Assembly (NCBI GenBank): GCA_951406725.2
Contig: OX597829.1
Coordinates: forward strand, 58,280,001-58,344,000
Direction of reading: 5' to 3'
Length of the DNA stretch: 64,000 nucleotides
Source: Octopus vulgaris
Taxonomy: Eukaryota
Both the position numbers and the translations under genes were made by a program. The notes under the pieces are model-generated. The model was not told where the DNA came from. It was given only the letters and a program-made list of their open reading frames with translations, and searched no databases. This document shows, one piece after another, positions 51,018-64,000 of the stretch (position 1 is the stretch's first letter; each line of letters begins with the position of its first letter).

Positions 51018-53009
51018 CAACTATATTTAAACCTATTTTGTTTCTAATTTGTAGTAATATTTTGTACTAGCATTAATTCTAAAATTTAGCATGTGATTTT
51101 ATATTGTATATTACACAATTTAATAAGTCTAATTTAATATTTATTATTAAATAAATAAATTAATTAATTAATGATAGTAGTGTTGTGATTGCACTTCTAT
51201 AGGTGGTTTGAGTATAAATCAATAAGAGTGAGTAAAGGTTCTTTAAATACTTATAGTTAGATTATATTTAGATGTTTATTTTATTACTAAATATATAATT
51301 CATTTAATGAATATAGATTAAAAGATAGTTATTTTTTTTGTGGTTGATATTGTTATTATTATTATGATTATTATATGTCTACTAAAATTAATAGTATTAA
51401 GTATATATAACTTTTTTGGTAATAGTTTTAGTATCGTTAAATAAATCATTTTGAATGTGTAGTAAAATAATTTTTTCTTTATGTACTATTTATTTATAAT
51501 CATAATATGTACTTTATTTATTCAATTAATGAGCGAAGTATTTGATCTAAATATAAATTACTTTACCTATATAATAAGTCTAATTTATTATTATTTTAGC
51601 ATTTGTTTTGAGTATTAATATGATATATAAAATATATTTGTTATAAATGACAGTTACGTTTATAGTTTGTAATAAATTTTTTTATATTAATCAAAATGTA
51701 TTTATATTATATATTTCGAAGTAGATTTATTTAGATGTTTATTTAATTAATTAATATTATTTATTAATGAATTTAATTACATTATAGTTTTAAAATTAAT
51801 TCAAGTTTATTAATTAGTGGTTATAATATAATGATTGAATTACTACTGAGTTAATATTGAATGTGTCTAAAAGCTTTATTTAAATAAAGATTTGACTCCA
51901 ACATAACCATATTTTTTTATATATATGAAATAAATTTATTTGTATAAGATTATTAGAGAATATAAAGTAAATGGTAGTTATATAAATTATTTTAATTTAT
52001 GGAGTTTTGAGTATAATTTATCGTAGTTAATTATAAATTTTAGGTTTATAATGAAAGATATTATAGTGTATAGCAATTCTATTCTCTATTAGTGACTTTG
52101 TTCTTTTTATCTATTAAAGCTAAAATATATTTGTAGTTTTCATTGATAAATGAATATTTCCATCTGTTTGTTCTATTTCTGTTGATAATGTAATTCCTCG
52201 AGTTTTCTTATAAACTCTTAAAAAGACGTTTTCCGTTTTGAAATTTTAGTTTCGAGAGTTAAGTAAACTCTTTTATTTAAGAAATTTTATTGTATTCTAT
52301 ATTGATTGTCAAATTTGAATTTATAATTATTTTAGTTGTTAATGATAATTTAGATATGTACATTTATTTAATTATTTCTAGTATATAATTATTATAACTG
52401 AACGTAAATTTTAAGATATTAGTTAATCACTGTGGTATATAGATTATAAAAATGTTTTTGATAGTGATGATAATAGTAATAAGATTTTTTTAAAGATAGG
52501 TTATATGTTTTTAATTTGATTTTTCAATTTTTAAATTGTATTTCATAAATATATTCTATTGATATTTACAATATTTATGTAAGTAATAATGGACTAATTT
52601 ATTTTTGGTTATATGTTTAAATATTTATTGATAGAGAAAATTTTAGATTTTTAATTACTATATTTGTTGAGTATAATTTAGATACTTATTTTTACGTATT
52701 TACTATTTTATAATTATTATATGCAAACTTAAATCTAAAAATATTAATAGTGATTATTTTGTTAAATAATTTGGTAATTAAATATTGAAGTATAACTAAG
52801 TTAAAGATATTCGATAGTTTATTAATGTCTTTTTAAAGCCAAATTATATCTTCAAAGATAAATACATATTTCTATCTATTTTTTTACCTTAAAAATTAAA
52901 AATTAAATATTTAACATAATAAATGTGTTGTAGGAAATAATCCTAATGTTTTAAGTTTCAAATTTAGTTAATGGAGTTTTTTTTTATAAGAAAAATTATT
53001 TTATTTCTT

Positions 53010-53511
53010 TTTTATCGAGTTTGGCCATTGCACGAAGCTTAATCAGTGTTGCTATCGTGCAATTCCTGTGCAAGAAGAGTCAATCCCACTCACTAAGCAA
53101 CAGCAGCCATAATCCGAAAAGAGGAACAAGTCAACATCATCGGTAACCACTGAGCCACAGGTTTTGTGTCGGAGTTATCCAAGTTACCTGAGTTACTTTC
53201 TCCTAGAAGGATGCCCTAACAAAGGCTAGGAGTCCTTCACTCCCAATGGTTTAACCACGCGATCGGGTATTCAGTCCGATTATTTCTATGTCCCTTCGCA
53301 TGATACAGCCTTAAGGCATTTATTGGATGGCCGTTGACTCTCAAGAGTTCCTCCGCCCTTTGACGAGTTTTGTTTTTCATCCTGCAGGGTTTCCAATAAA
53401 CACCCTCCTCACCAAGCAAGCTTGGTGGGATTGCCGGTTTAGTCGCCGATAACCTGACCATGCAACAGGTTGTACTGGGTTACATGTTACCAGTAGCACT
53501 CAAAAGTGACC
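53010..53511 (-). mobile_element. Probable 5' region of an RTE-clade element or RTE-derived SINE
   Basis: GC-richer island; minus strand CTAGCCTTTGTTAGGGCATCCTTCTAGGAGAAAGTAACTC resembles RTE 5'UTR motifs as recalled; not verified. Confidence 0.4.
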
Positions 53512-53542
<31 letters not shown>

Positions 53543-53738
53543 CACCCACTACACTCGCGGAGTGGTTGGCGTTAGGAAGGGCATCCAGCTGTAGAAACAC
53601 TGCCAGATCTGACTGGGCCTGACGAAGCCTTCCAGCTTCACAGGCCCCAGTTGACCCGTCCAACCCATGCTAGCATGGAAAACGGACGCTAAACGATGAT
53701 GATGATATATATATATATATATATACATATATATACAT

Positions 53739-53770
<32 letters not shown>

Positions 53771-54713
53771 GTATGTATGTATGTTCTACTGGCAAGCACT
53801 GCTTGCCTGTAGAACTTTGAAAGCACCATTCAAGAGTGATCGTTGCCAGTGCCGCCAGAGTGGCTTCTGTGCAGGTGGCAATTGAAAAGCACCATTTTAG
53901 CATGGTTGACGTCAGTACCGGCTAACTGGCCCTCGAGCCGGTGGCATGTAAGAGCACCTACTACACTCTCAGAGTGGTTGGTGTTAGGAAGAGCATCCAG
54001 CTGTAGAAACTCTACCAGATCAAGATTGGAGCCTGGTGCAGCCATCTGGTTCACCAGACCTCAGTCAAATCATCCACTCCATGCTAGCATGGAAAGCGGA
54101 CATTAAACGATGATGATGATACACACACACACACATATATATATATACACACACATGTATACATATATACTCATATATAAATACACACATATATAAATAT
54201 ATACACATATATGTAGCTATACAAACATATATATATATTTATAAATACACACATATATAGACATATATACATACACATTTATATACACACACATATATAC
54301 ACACACATATATACATGTATACACACACACATATATATACACACACACATATATATACACAGACATACACATATATATATACACATACATATATATACAT
54401 GTATACACACATATAAACACATGTATACACATATATATACTTACACACATACATATATACACATTTGTATATATATACATCAGCCCCGGGCCGTTTGCCA
54501 GCCCCGTCGGACGTTTGCCAGCCCCATATGGCCGTTTGCCAGCCTCGTCTGGCGCGTAAAAAGCACCCACTACACTCATGGAGTGGTTGGCGTTAGGAAG
54601 GGCATCCAGCCATAGAAACATTGCCAGATCAGACTGGGCCTGATGCAGCCTTCTGGCCTCACAGACCCCAGTTGAACCGTCCAACCCATGCCAGCATGGA
54701 AAGCGGACGTTAA

Positions 54714-54747
<34 letters not shown>

Positions 54748-54769
54748 CACATACATATATAAATACATA

Positions 54770-56600
54770 CAGGGATTATCAATGTCTCCTTTTCTCTTGT
54801 TTTGAAAGTTCGGAGCATCCATCCAATCAAACATCTGCATTTTATTACCAAATTGGTAATATGTACTTGGGAGCATGCATCATTGCTCATGTCAATGCCT
54901 AGGTCGCACACTGCTTTTGATTCAGGCATTTCAATTCCTCCTGGGCCAGTGTATCCTGTCTGCATGTCATTAAGCATTGTGTGATAGTAGTGCAGAGCCC
55001 GGAATTTTCCTGCATTAAACATTAAACTGCATGTTGTTGTCCTCAGCCCACCTGTATATTGCATCCAACTCCCGCTGCAGATGTGCAATATTTCCAGGGT
55101 TTTGTATTGTCTGAGAGACTTTTGTATCATCTGCATAGCTAGCAAGGGTGGCTGAGGGCCACTATCAACAGTAGTGGCCCCAAAATATATATATATATGT
55201 ATGTATTTATTTATTTATTTTTATTTTATTTTATCTAGTTTCAGCTCACGAGCTGTGGCCATGCTGGGGCACCACCATTTGGTGTTGCTACATGATTTTA
55301 CTTCACGAATGCTTTTTAACAGTTGACATTTGGTGCATGAGAGAGTTTGATGCAGCTGCCCTCTTCTGCACCTTCTGCCATGAAGTTGGTTCATCTGGGA
55401 CACCTGACAGGAAGAGATTCAGTCCTACTTTAAAGACATCTGCATCCACCCCATGCAGGTACCTCAGGTTCTTTGGGAGGATATTGAAGAGCTGTGGGCC
55501 TCTGAAGCCCAGGCTATCACAGTATCTTGATGGCAAATTTAGAGTCCTTGGCACTATGCAGTGGCGCCCAGTTCTGGCATTTGTGTAACTCTCGATGCCA
55601 AAGTTTGGGACAAGTCCTTCTAAGATCTTCCAGATGTATATTATGGCATATCTTTCTTGCCTACGCTCCAAGGAATAGAGTTTTAATCTCTTGAGTCTTT
55701 CCCAGTAGCTTATATGCTGCACAGAGGCTATCTTCTTCGTTGGATCGCCTCAAGTTCTGTGATCAACTTGACACTGGATGGTGACCATAGCTGAGAGCAA
55801 TAGTCAAAGTGGCTTAGGACAAGTGTCCTCCAGAGGACCATCATGGTTTCTTGGTCTCTTGTTCTGAAGGTTCTAAGAATCCATCCGGCCAGCCGTCTAC
55901 ATTTCATTGCCAATTTAGCAACATGTACATGAAAGGTTGCGTCATCACTCATGTAAATACCCAGGTCACGCACTGATTGTGCCTCTGGAATTGCAATTTC
56001 TCCAGGTCCTGTGTATTTATTGGGTATTGCATTTAGTTTTTCATGCTGATAGCATAAAGCTTGAAACTTTTCAGCATTGAACTGCATGCTATTCTTTTCA
56101 GCCCACTTGTATATTTTGTCCAGCTCACATTGCAGGTGCTTAGTGTCTTCAGGGTTCTGTATTGCCTGTGAAACTTTTGTATCATCTGCATAACTTGTGA
56201 TTGTGGCTCTCTGCATGGCTGAGGGCATGTCTGAGAGGGCCATTATGAACAGTAGTGGTCCCAAAACAGTGCCCTGCGGAACACCGCTCACTATTTGCGT
56301 GTTAATGGAAGTGGCCCCATTGGCTACTACCACCTGGCTTCTATCCTTCAGAAAGTCATGAAGCCATTCTCCCAATTTTCCAACTATGTCAAGATCACGC
56401 AGTTTGTGACATATCATTCCATGATCGACTTTATCAAAGGCCTTTGCAAAGTCAAGATATGACTTCCACATTTGAGTGGTTGAGCAGTCATTTCAGCACC
56501 CAGTCATAGTGTTGTAGGAGTTGAGTTAGGCAGCTTCTTCCTGGTCGGAAACCATGTTGGGTGTCAGGCAGCAAGTCATTTTCTTCAAGGAAGGTGATTT
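54770..56600 (-). mobile_element. CR1/L2-group LINE RT and 3' end (55221-56600) plus a second RT fragment (54770-55185)
   Basis: YLDFAKAFDKVDH, SGVPQGTVLGPLLF, SYADDTK, VRDLG, DYCSQLWSP, LKLYSLERR. Confidence 0.95.
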
Positions 56601-57427
56601 ATATATATATATTTTTATTTATTCATTTTTTAATGTTTTTTTATTTTATTTTTTATTAAATATATAACTATAAAAGTATTAAAAAGTTTAATATAAGATA
56701 TACTTTTATCTTATATAAAACTTTTTAATACTTTTTGATAGTTATATATATTTAAAAAAAAATTTTTTTTAATAAATAAATAAATAAAAAAAAATAAAAT
56801 AAAAAATATATATATATAAATTAATAATTTAAAATTTTTACTTTAAATTTAAATAATTTAAATTTTAAATTTTATATATTTTGTATATTATATTAATTAA
56901 TTGTTGTTCTATGTTTTGATTTATGTTTTTCACTTTGATTTGCCTAATAGTGGTTTTATCTCTAATTTAATTTATATTTATACTGTAAAATTAGATTTAA
57001 TCCTAAATCTAATTTTTCCCTGTAAGTTTGGATTTACTCCCTAATATCATTATTATACATATATATATATTTATATATATATACATATAGATATACATAC
57101 CTATACATATATAGACATATATATATACACACACATATATACTCAAATATACATATATAAACATATATATATATATATACATACACACACATATATATAT
57201 ACATATTATACACATTTATATATACATATATATGCACATATATGTACATATATATACTCATATAGATATATATATATATATACAGATATATACATACATA
57301 TACACACATATGTATATATACACACTTATATACATACATATATATATAAAATTATATATATATATATATAAACAATTGCATATATATATATATATACACA
57401 CACAATTACATATATACACACATAATT

Positions 57428-57474
<47 letters not shown>

Positions 57475-57934
57475 TTTATATACATGTGCATATGTACATA
57501 CATGTTCATGTAAGTGCTTTGTATATATATACGTAAGCATAATTGTATATGTAGACATGTATACATATATCCACGTATAGCTTCCTGGTTAGCGCCATTG
57601 AAGCGTTTAAGTTTTGATAGCTATCTTTCTGTATATGAATATATTTGTAACTATATTTTCCTGGTGCAGCAATTTTCTTGCTGAAGCACTTAGTGGACTA
57701 CTTCTATAACTGTGTGTGAATCTATATTTTCCTCTATGTGTGTGTATGTGTATACACACACATATATATATATATAATTTTGATATATGTTGGTTGAGTG
57801 ATAAGAAACTGGCTTCCCAACCACATGGTACCAGGTTCAGTTCCACTGCATGGCACGTTGGGCAAGTACTTGTTCTATAGCCTCGGGTCAACGAAAGCCT
57901 TGTGAGTGGATTTGGTAGACGGAAATTGTGCGTG

Positions 57935-57986
<52 letters not shown>

Positions 57987-58570
57987 CGTGCGTGCGTGAG
58001 AGAGTGAGAAAGATTCTCTATGTGGGTGGTTGTACTCCAGCATGGTTACAGTCTGACGACTTGAACAGAATAAACGATTCATAAGAGATATATAGAAGCC
58101 TTCGCGCACGCGCTCGTTCACACAAATGAGAAAGAGAATGAAGACGAATTAAAGAAGACGGTTTTTCAGTTGGGCAGTTTATTTTTAGCTGTCCCAGGAC
58201 AGCTCCCCCGGCCGCTACCTACATACTTACGAATGACATATGAGACAAATGAACAAGAAACAAGGTCAATTAAGACAATGTACAATTAAGAAGGCCAAAA
58301 TGCAATGCGACTTTTGGGAAGATTTAAGAGCTTCTTAAAAGCAAATATATAAAAGGAAAACTGGGGAGATTTAAATAATAATTAGAATAAAAAGTAGAAG
58401 TTATGTAGTTAATTTGTTGCTGAGGTCCATGGTAGTAATATGTATGTGTGTGTGCGTGCGTACATATATAGTTATCTACGTACTTGAAGATATATTATAT
58501 ATGTAAATACACATACACACACATATATATATACACACACAATACTATATATATATATATATATATATAG

Positions 58571-58742
58571 TTATAATTAGGATTCAGCAAAGATTTGCTT
58601 TACCACATACCGAAGTTTAGAAATAGCAGCCAAAGAACCTTAGCTATTTTCTTATAGTAGAAGAAATAGCTAAGGTTCTTTGGCTGCTATTTCTAAACTT
58701 CGGTATGTGGTAAAGCAAATCTCTGCTGAACCCTAATTATAA
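58571..58742. repeat. Near-perfect hairpin: 79-bp arms, 14-nt spacer
   Basis: 58571-58649 vs 58664-58742, two mismatches; single-arm relative at ~59758-59820. Confidence 0.95.
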
Positions 58743-59353
58743 TTACACACGTAATTATAAAATATTACCTAAGTTTACCGAAAAATGGTCTTTTTTCATG
58801 CCGAACTCTACTTGGTGAAATTATTGATTACTAGTTAATTAACTGATTTTAACCTTTATTATTATTGAAATATATATATAAACAAAATGTGCAGGAGTAG
58901 GTGTGTGGTCAGTATCTTACTTTCCAACCAAATGGTTCCGGTTGAGCCCCACGGCGTGGTACCTTCGGCATGCGCCTTTTCCTATTGCCTTGGGCCAAAT
59001 AAAGCCGAACAAAATGGGTTTAGTAGACGGAACTGATATACATGTTTGTGTCTCGTTTGACAACCGATGCTGGTGCATTTACGTCCCCGTAACTTGGTAG
59101 TTCAGCGCAAAACGGTTAGAAGAAATAAGTACTAGGTTTATAAAGAATAATTCCTGGGGTCGATTTTCTCGAATAGAAGCGATGCTCCAGCATGGCCGCA
59201 GTCAAATGACTGAAACGAGTAAGAGTAGGATGTGTGTGTTTGTGTGTATATATACATGTATGCATATTATATGAGTGTGTATATATAAATATGTGTGTGT
59301 CTATGTACATATATGTGTGTATATAGACGTGTTTATACATTAAATATATACAC

Positions 59354-59397
<44 letters not shown>

Positions 59398-60124
59398 CAT
59401 CATTATTTAACGTCCGCTTTCCATGCTAGCATGGGTTGGACGGTTCAACTGGGGTCTGTGAGGCCAGAAGGCTGCACCAGGCCCAGTCTGATCTGGCAGT
59501 GTTTCTACAGCTGGATGCCCTTCTTAACGCCAACCACTCCGTGAGTGTAGTGGGTGCTTTTTAAGTGCCACCAGCACAGAGGCCAGGCGAGGCTGGCAAC
59601 GGCCACAATCGGTTGGTGCTTTTTACGTGCCAATATATATATATGAATAAATATATGTAAATACATATATATATATAAATAAATAAATATATATAAATAA
59701 ATATATATAAATACATATATATATGAATAAATTAAAAATGCTATAATTATAAGCATAATTATAATTAGGGTTCAGCAAAATTTGCTTCACCACATACCAA
59801 AATTTAGAAATAGCAGTTAAATACTATTCTGCTACCATAAGATATCTCCCAGACAGCAATATCCTACAACTCATGCAGGCAAAGAGAAAAAAATAAGGAA
59901 TCCACCCGGCTTTGATCAACTATATACGTGTTTGTGGATTAAAGAGATGTAAAGTTTATCCTTCCTCACTTATTTCCATCTTCAGTATAATATTTCAATT
60001 ATAAATTTGAGAGCTCTAATAATTAAGATATTCATTTGGCCAAGAGCCATCAAATAGACTAATATCCAAAAAACAATACTTCCGAATTTATATTATATTA
60101 TATTTATATATATGTATATATATG

Positions 60125-60166
<42 letters not shown>

Positions 60167-60199
60167 TATATACATATACATATGTGCACATATATAAAT

Positions 60200-61055
60200 A
60201 TACTGGGAGTAGTAATCCAAGCGGCTGAGGATGAATGTCTTCCAGAGGACCATCATGGTTTCCTTCTCTCTGGTTTTGAATGTTCTCAGGGTCCATCTGG
60301 CCAGTAGTCTGCACTTTGTTGCTATAATGGCAATGTGCACTTGGATATCCAGGTCCTCACTGATTTAGGCTCTGGGATTGTAATTCCCTGTGGACCAGTG
60401 TTACCCTGTAAGTTTCATATACAGTTTTTGATGCTGGTAGCACAGGGCCTGGAATTTTTCAGCATTAAGCTGCATATTATTATCCTCAGCTCATCTGTAA
60501 ATTGAGCCCAACTCCTGCTGCAGGTGTGCAACATGGCTGGGGTTCTGTATTTTCTGTGATACTTTTATATCATCTGCATAGCTAGCAAGGGTGGCTATCT
60601 GGGCAGTTGAGGACATATCTGAGAGGGCCACTATGAAAAGCATTGGCCTCAAGAGGAACACTTCTCACTATTTTTGTTTTCATTGAGATGGCTCCATTGG
60701 CCATTACTGCCTGACTTCTATCTTTCAGGAAGTCATGAAATCACTCTCCAGTTTCTAGCATATCATACCACAATCCACTTTGTCAAAAGCTTTTGCAAAA
60801 TCAAGGTATATTACGCTCACATTTCAGATGTTGAGTAACTGCCTCAACACTCAGTCATAATGCTGTAAGAGCTGGGTCAGACATCCCCTACTTGGTTCAA
60901 AGTCATGAATGTCTTCCAGAGGACCATCACTCAGCAAATTATTTTCTTCAAGGAATGCGATTAGCTTCCCTCTGACTATCCGTTCCATGATTTTGCTGAT
61001 GTGTGAAGTCAGAGAGATAGGCCTATAGTTTTTGGCATCTGCTCAGCTAACCCCT
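60200..61055 (-). mobile_element. Decayed CR1/L2 RT fragment
   Basis: NYRPISLTSHISKIMER, YLDFAKAFDKVD, YADD, LRTFKTREKETM. Confidence 0.85.
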
Positions 61056-61129
61056 TTATGGATTGGGCATATCAAGGTCTCTTTCATTCCTTTGTTGTTT
61101 TACCTTTGCTATCAATATATATATATATG

Positions 61130-61182
<53 letters not shown>

Positions 61183-61458
61183 TCATCATCATCATCGTTG
61201 TTTAACGTCCGTTCTCCATGTCCAACCCATGCTAGCATGGAGAACGGACGTTAAACGACGATGATGATGATGATGATATATATATCATCATCATCATCAT
61301 TTAGCGTCTGCTTTCCATGCTAGCATGGGTTGGACGGTTCAACTGGGGTCTGTGAAGCCGTGAGTGTAGTGAGTGCTTTTTACGTGCCATATATATATAA
61401 ATATAGATATATATAAATATAGATATATATATAAATGTATATATATATATAATATATA

Positions 61459-61499
<41 letters not shown>

Positions 61500-61901
61500 T
61501 ATAATATAAATATATATATATCAATATATATATATAAATATATATATAAATATATATATATATAAATATATATATATAAATATATATATTTATATTATAT
61601 ATAAATATATATAAATATATAATATAAATACATATATTTATATTATATATAAATATATAATATATATATATATATTTATATTATATATAAATATATAATA
61701 TAAATATATAATATATATATATATATATATAATATATATATATATATAACATATATATATAAATATAACACAAAGTAATTTAGGGATTATGGGTACAACC
61801 TACTAAGGGATAGTATTTATCCATATATGAATATATATATATATATTGATAGTAAAGGTAAGACAACAAAAGAATGAAAGAGACCTTGATATGCCCAATC
61901 C

Positions 61902-62499
61902 ATATCAAACTCCATTCTTCACCAAGTGCCACATATTAGAGGAAGTTCTTAGTAATAACAGTGTAGCACAAAACGGCGGTGCACCAGCATGGCCGCAGCT
62001 TTGAGCTGAAACTAGAGAGAAAATAAAATATATATATAAATTTTTTTTTTCTTGTTTCAGCTCAGGGCTGTGGCCATGCTAATGCACTGCCGTTTTGTGC
62101 TACACTGTTATTACTAAGAACCTCCTCTAATATGTGGCACTTGGTGAAGAATGGAGTTTGATACAGCTACCCTCATTTGCACCTCTTGCCGTGAGGTAGG
62201 TTCATCTGGGACCCTCGACAGGAAGAGTTCCAGCTTTGATTTAAAAACCCTTACATCTACTTTGTGCAAGTTCCTCAGACTCTTTAGGAGAATATTAAAA
62301 AGCTGTGGGCCCTTGAAACCCAGGCTGTTGCAGTAACTGGTCCTGAAGCATGATGGCATTGCTGGGATCTTTGGCACTATGCAGTGTCGTCCCGTTCTAG
62401 CATTGGTGTAGCTTACAATGCCAAATTTGGCACAATTCCTTCCAGGATCTTCCAGACATATATTACTGCATACCGCTCCAGGGAGTAGAGTCTTAGCTG

Positions 62500-62500
<1 letters not shown>
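61902..62500. mobile_element. CR1/L2 3' end (62045-62500, minus) with an inverted duplicate of its terminus (61902-62030)
   Basis: ORF 62114-62377 SLGFKGPQLFNIL..VPDEP; 61902-62015 is reverse-complementary to ~62053-62163. Confidence 0.85.
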
Positions 62501-63467
<967 letters not shown>

Positions 63468-63554
63468 AAGATAGATAGATAGAAAGATAGATAGATGAAT
63501 ATATATATATAGATAGATATATAAATATATATATATAAATACATATATAAAACT

Positions 63555-64000
63555 TAGATATGTTTCGACCAAAGATAGGTCCAGGCCATGTCTAACTTGA
63601 CAGCACCACCTGATAGGATTATCTAAATCCTTTTAAAGTCATGTTTTGTGGTATTATATTCGAGTAGTGAGTTCTTGCTGAGAGAGTTGTATCCAGGTAT
63701 GGGTGGCTTATCTGGTATTCCTTGAAGAAATCTGTCCAGACTCCGTTTAAAGGTGATGGGATCCTTTTCCTCTTTGATCTCTTTTGGGACAATGTTAAAC
63801 AGGGCAGGGCCTGTTGAGGAAAAGAAATTATGTTGCTGTGTACCTATATACTGTCATCCTGAATTGGGCAGGGGACGTATGGCCCGTGGTCCCAGCCTTG
63901 GATGAACCTTGAAACTAATGTTTAGGTCATTTGGGCAAAGTTGGCGGTATATTCTCCACATCGTACAAATGATGTACCGCTCACGGCGACGCTGGAGAGA
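63555..64000 (-). mobile_element. CR1/L2 3' end, same subfamily as 35245-35822, runs off the window
   Basis: High identity to 35280-35680. Confidence 0.88.

Noticed and set aside
63551-63596. HHR-like geometry at the CR1 3' end (TTAGA/TCTAA, GACC/GGTC, GAAAC ATA)
   Set aside because: Lacks any CUGANGA-like strand; more likely an ordinary LINE 3' stem-loop.

Overview
Eukaryotic, AT-rich and repeat-dense genomic DNA. The LINE/SINE families and the abundance of (TA)n/(CA)n suggest a coleoid cephalopod such as Octopus, which is an inference. One host gene is present on the minus strand: a 5-coding-exon, 195-aa calponin-family gene (myophilin/Mp20/transgelin-like; ATG 37029, stop 21018), with all introns GT-AG and in phase. 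The rest is decayed mobile DNA: Tc1, mariner, Merlin and hAT transposase relics; RTE, CR1/L2 and R4/Dong-like LINE fragments; three lineages of Penelope-like elements (PLEs); tRNA-SINEs; several MITE/foldback families; and long microsatellites. The most notable signal not shown by the ORF track is about 9 type I hammerhead-ribozyme (HHR) motifs read by eye. Some sit in PLE pseudo-LTRs. Others sit in non-coding 220-375 bp retrozyme-like units present as more-than-unit-length tandem or inverted copies, one with a compensatory U3-A8 core and one bidirectional cassette inserted into the Merlin transposase. Also notable are a C4HC3 PHD finger inside the RTE ORF and fold-back hairpins in the probable 3'UTR of the host gene. 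All calls are by eye; repeat boundaries are approximate and nothing was searched against databases.
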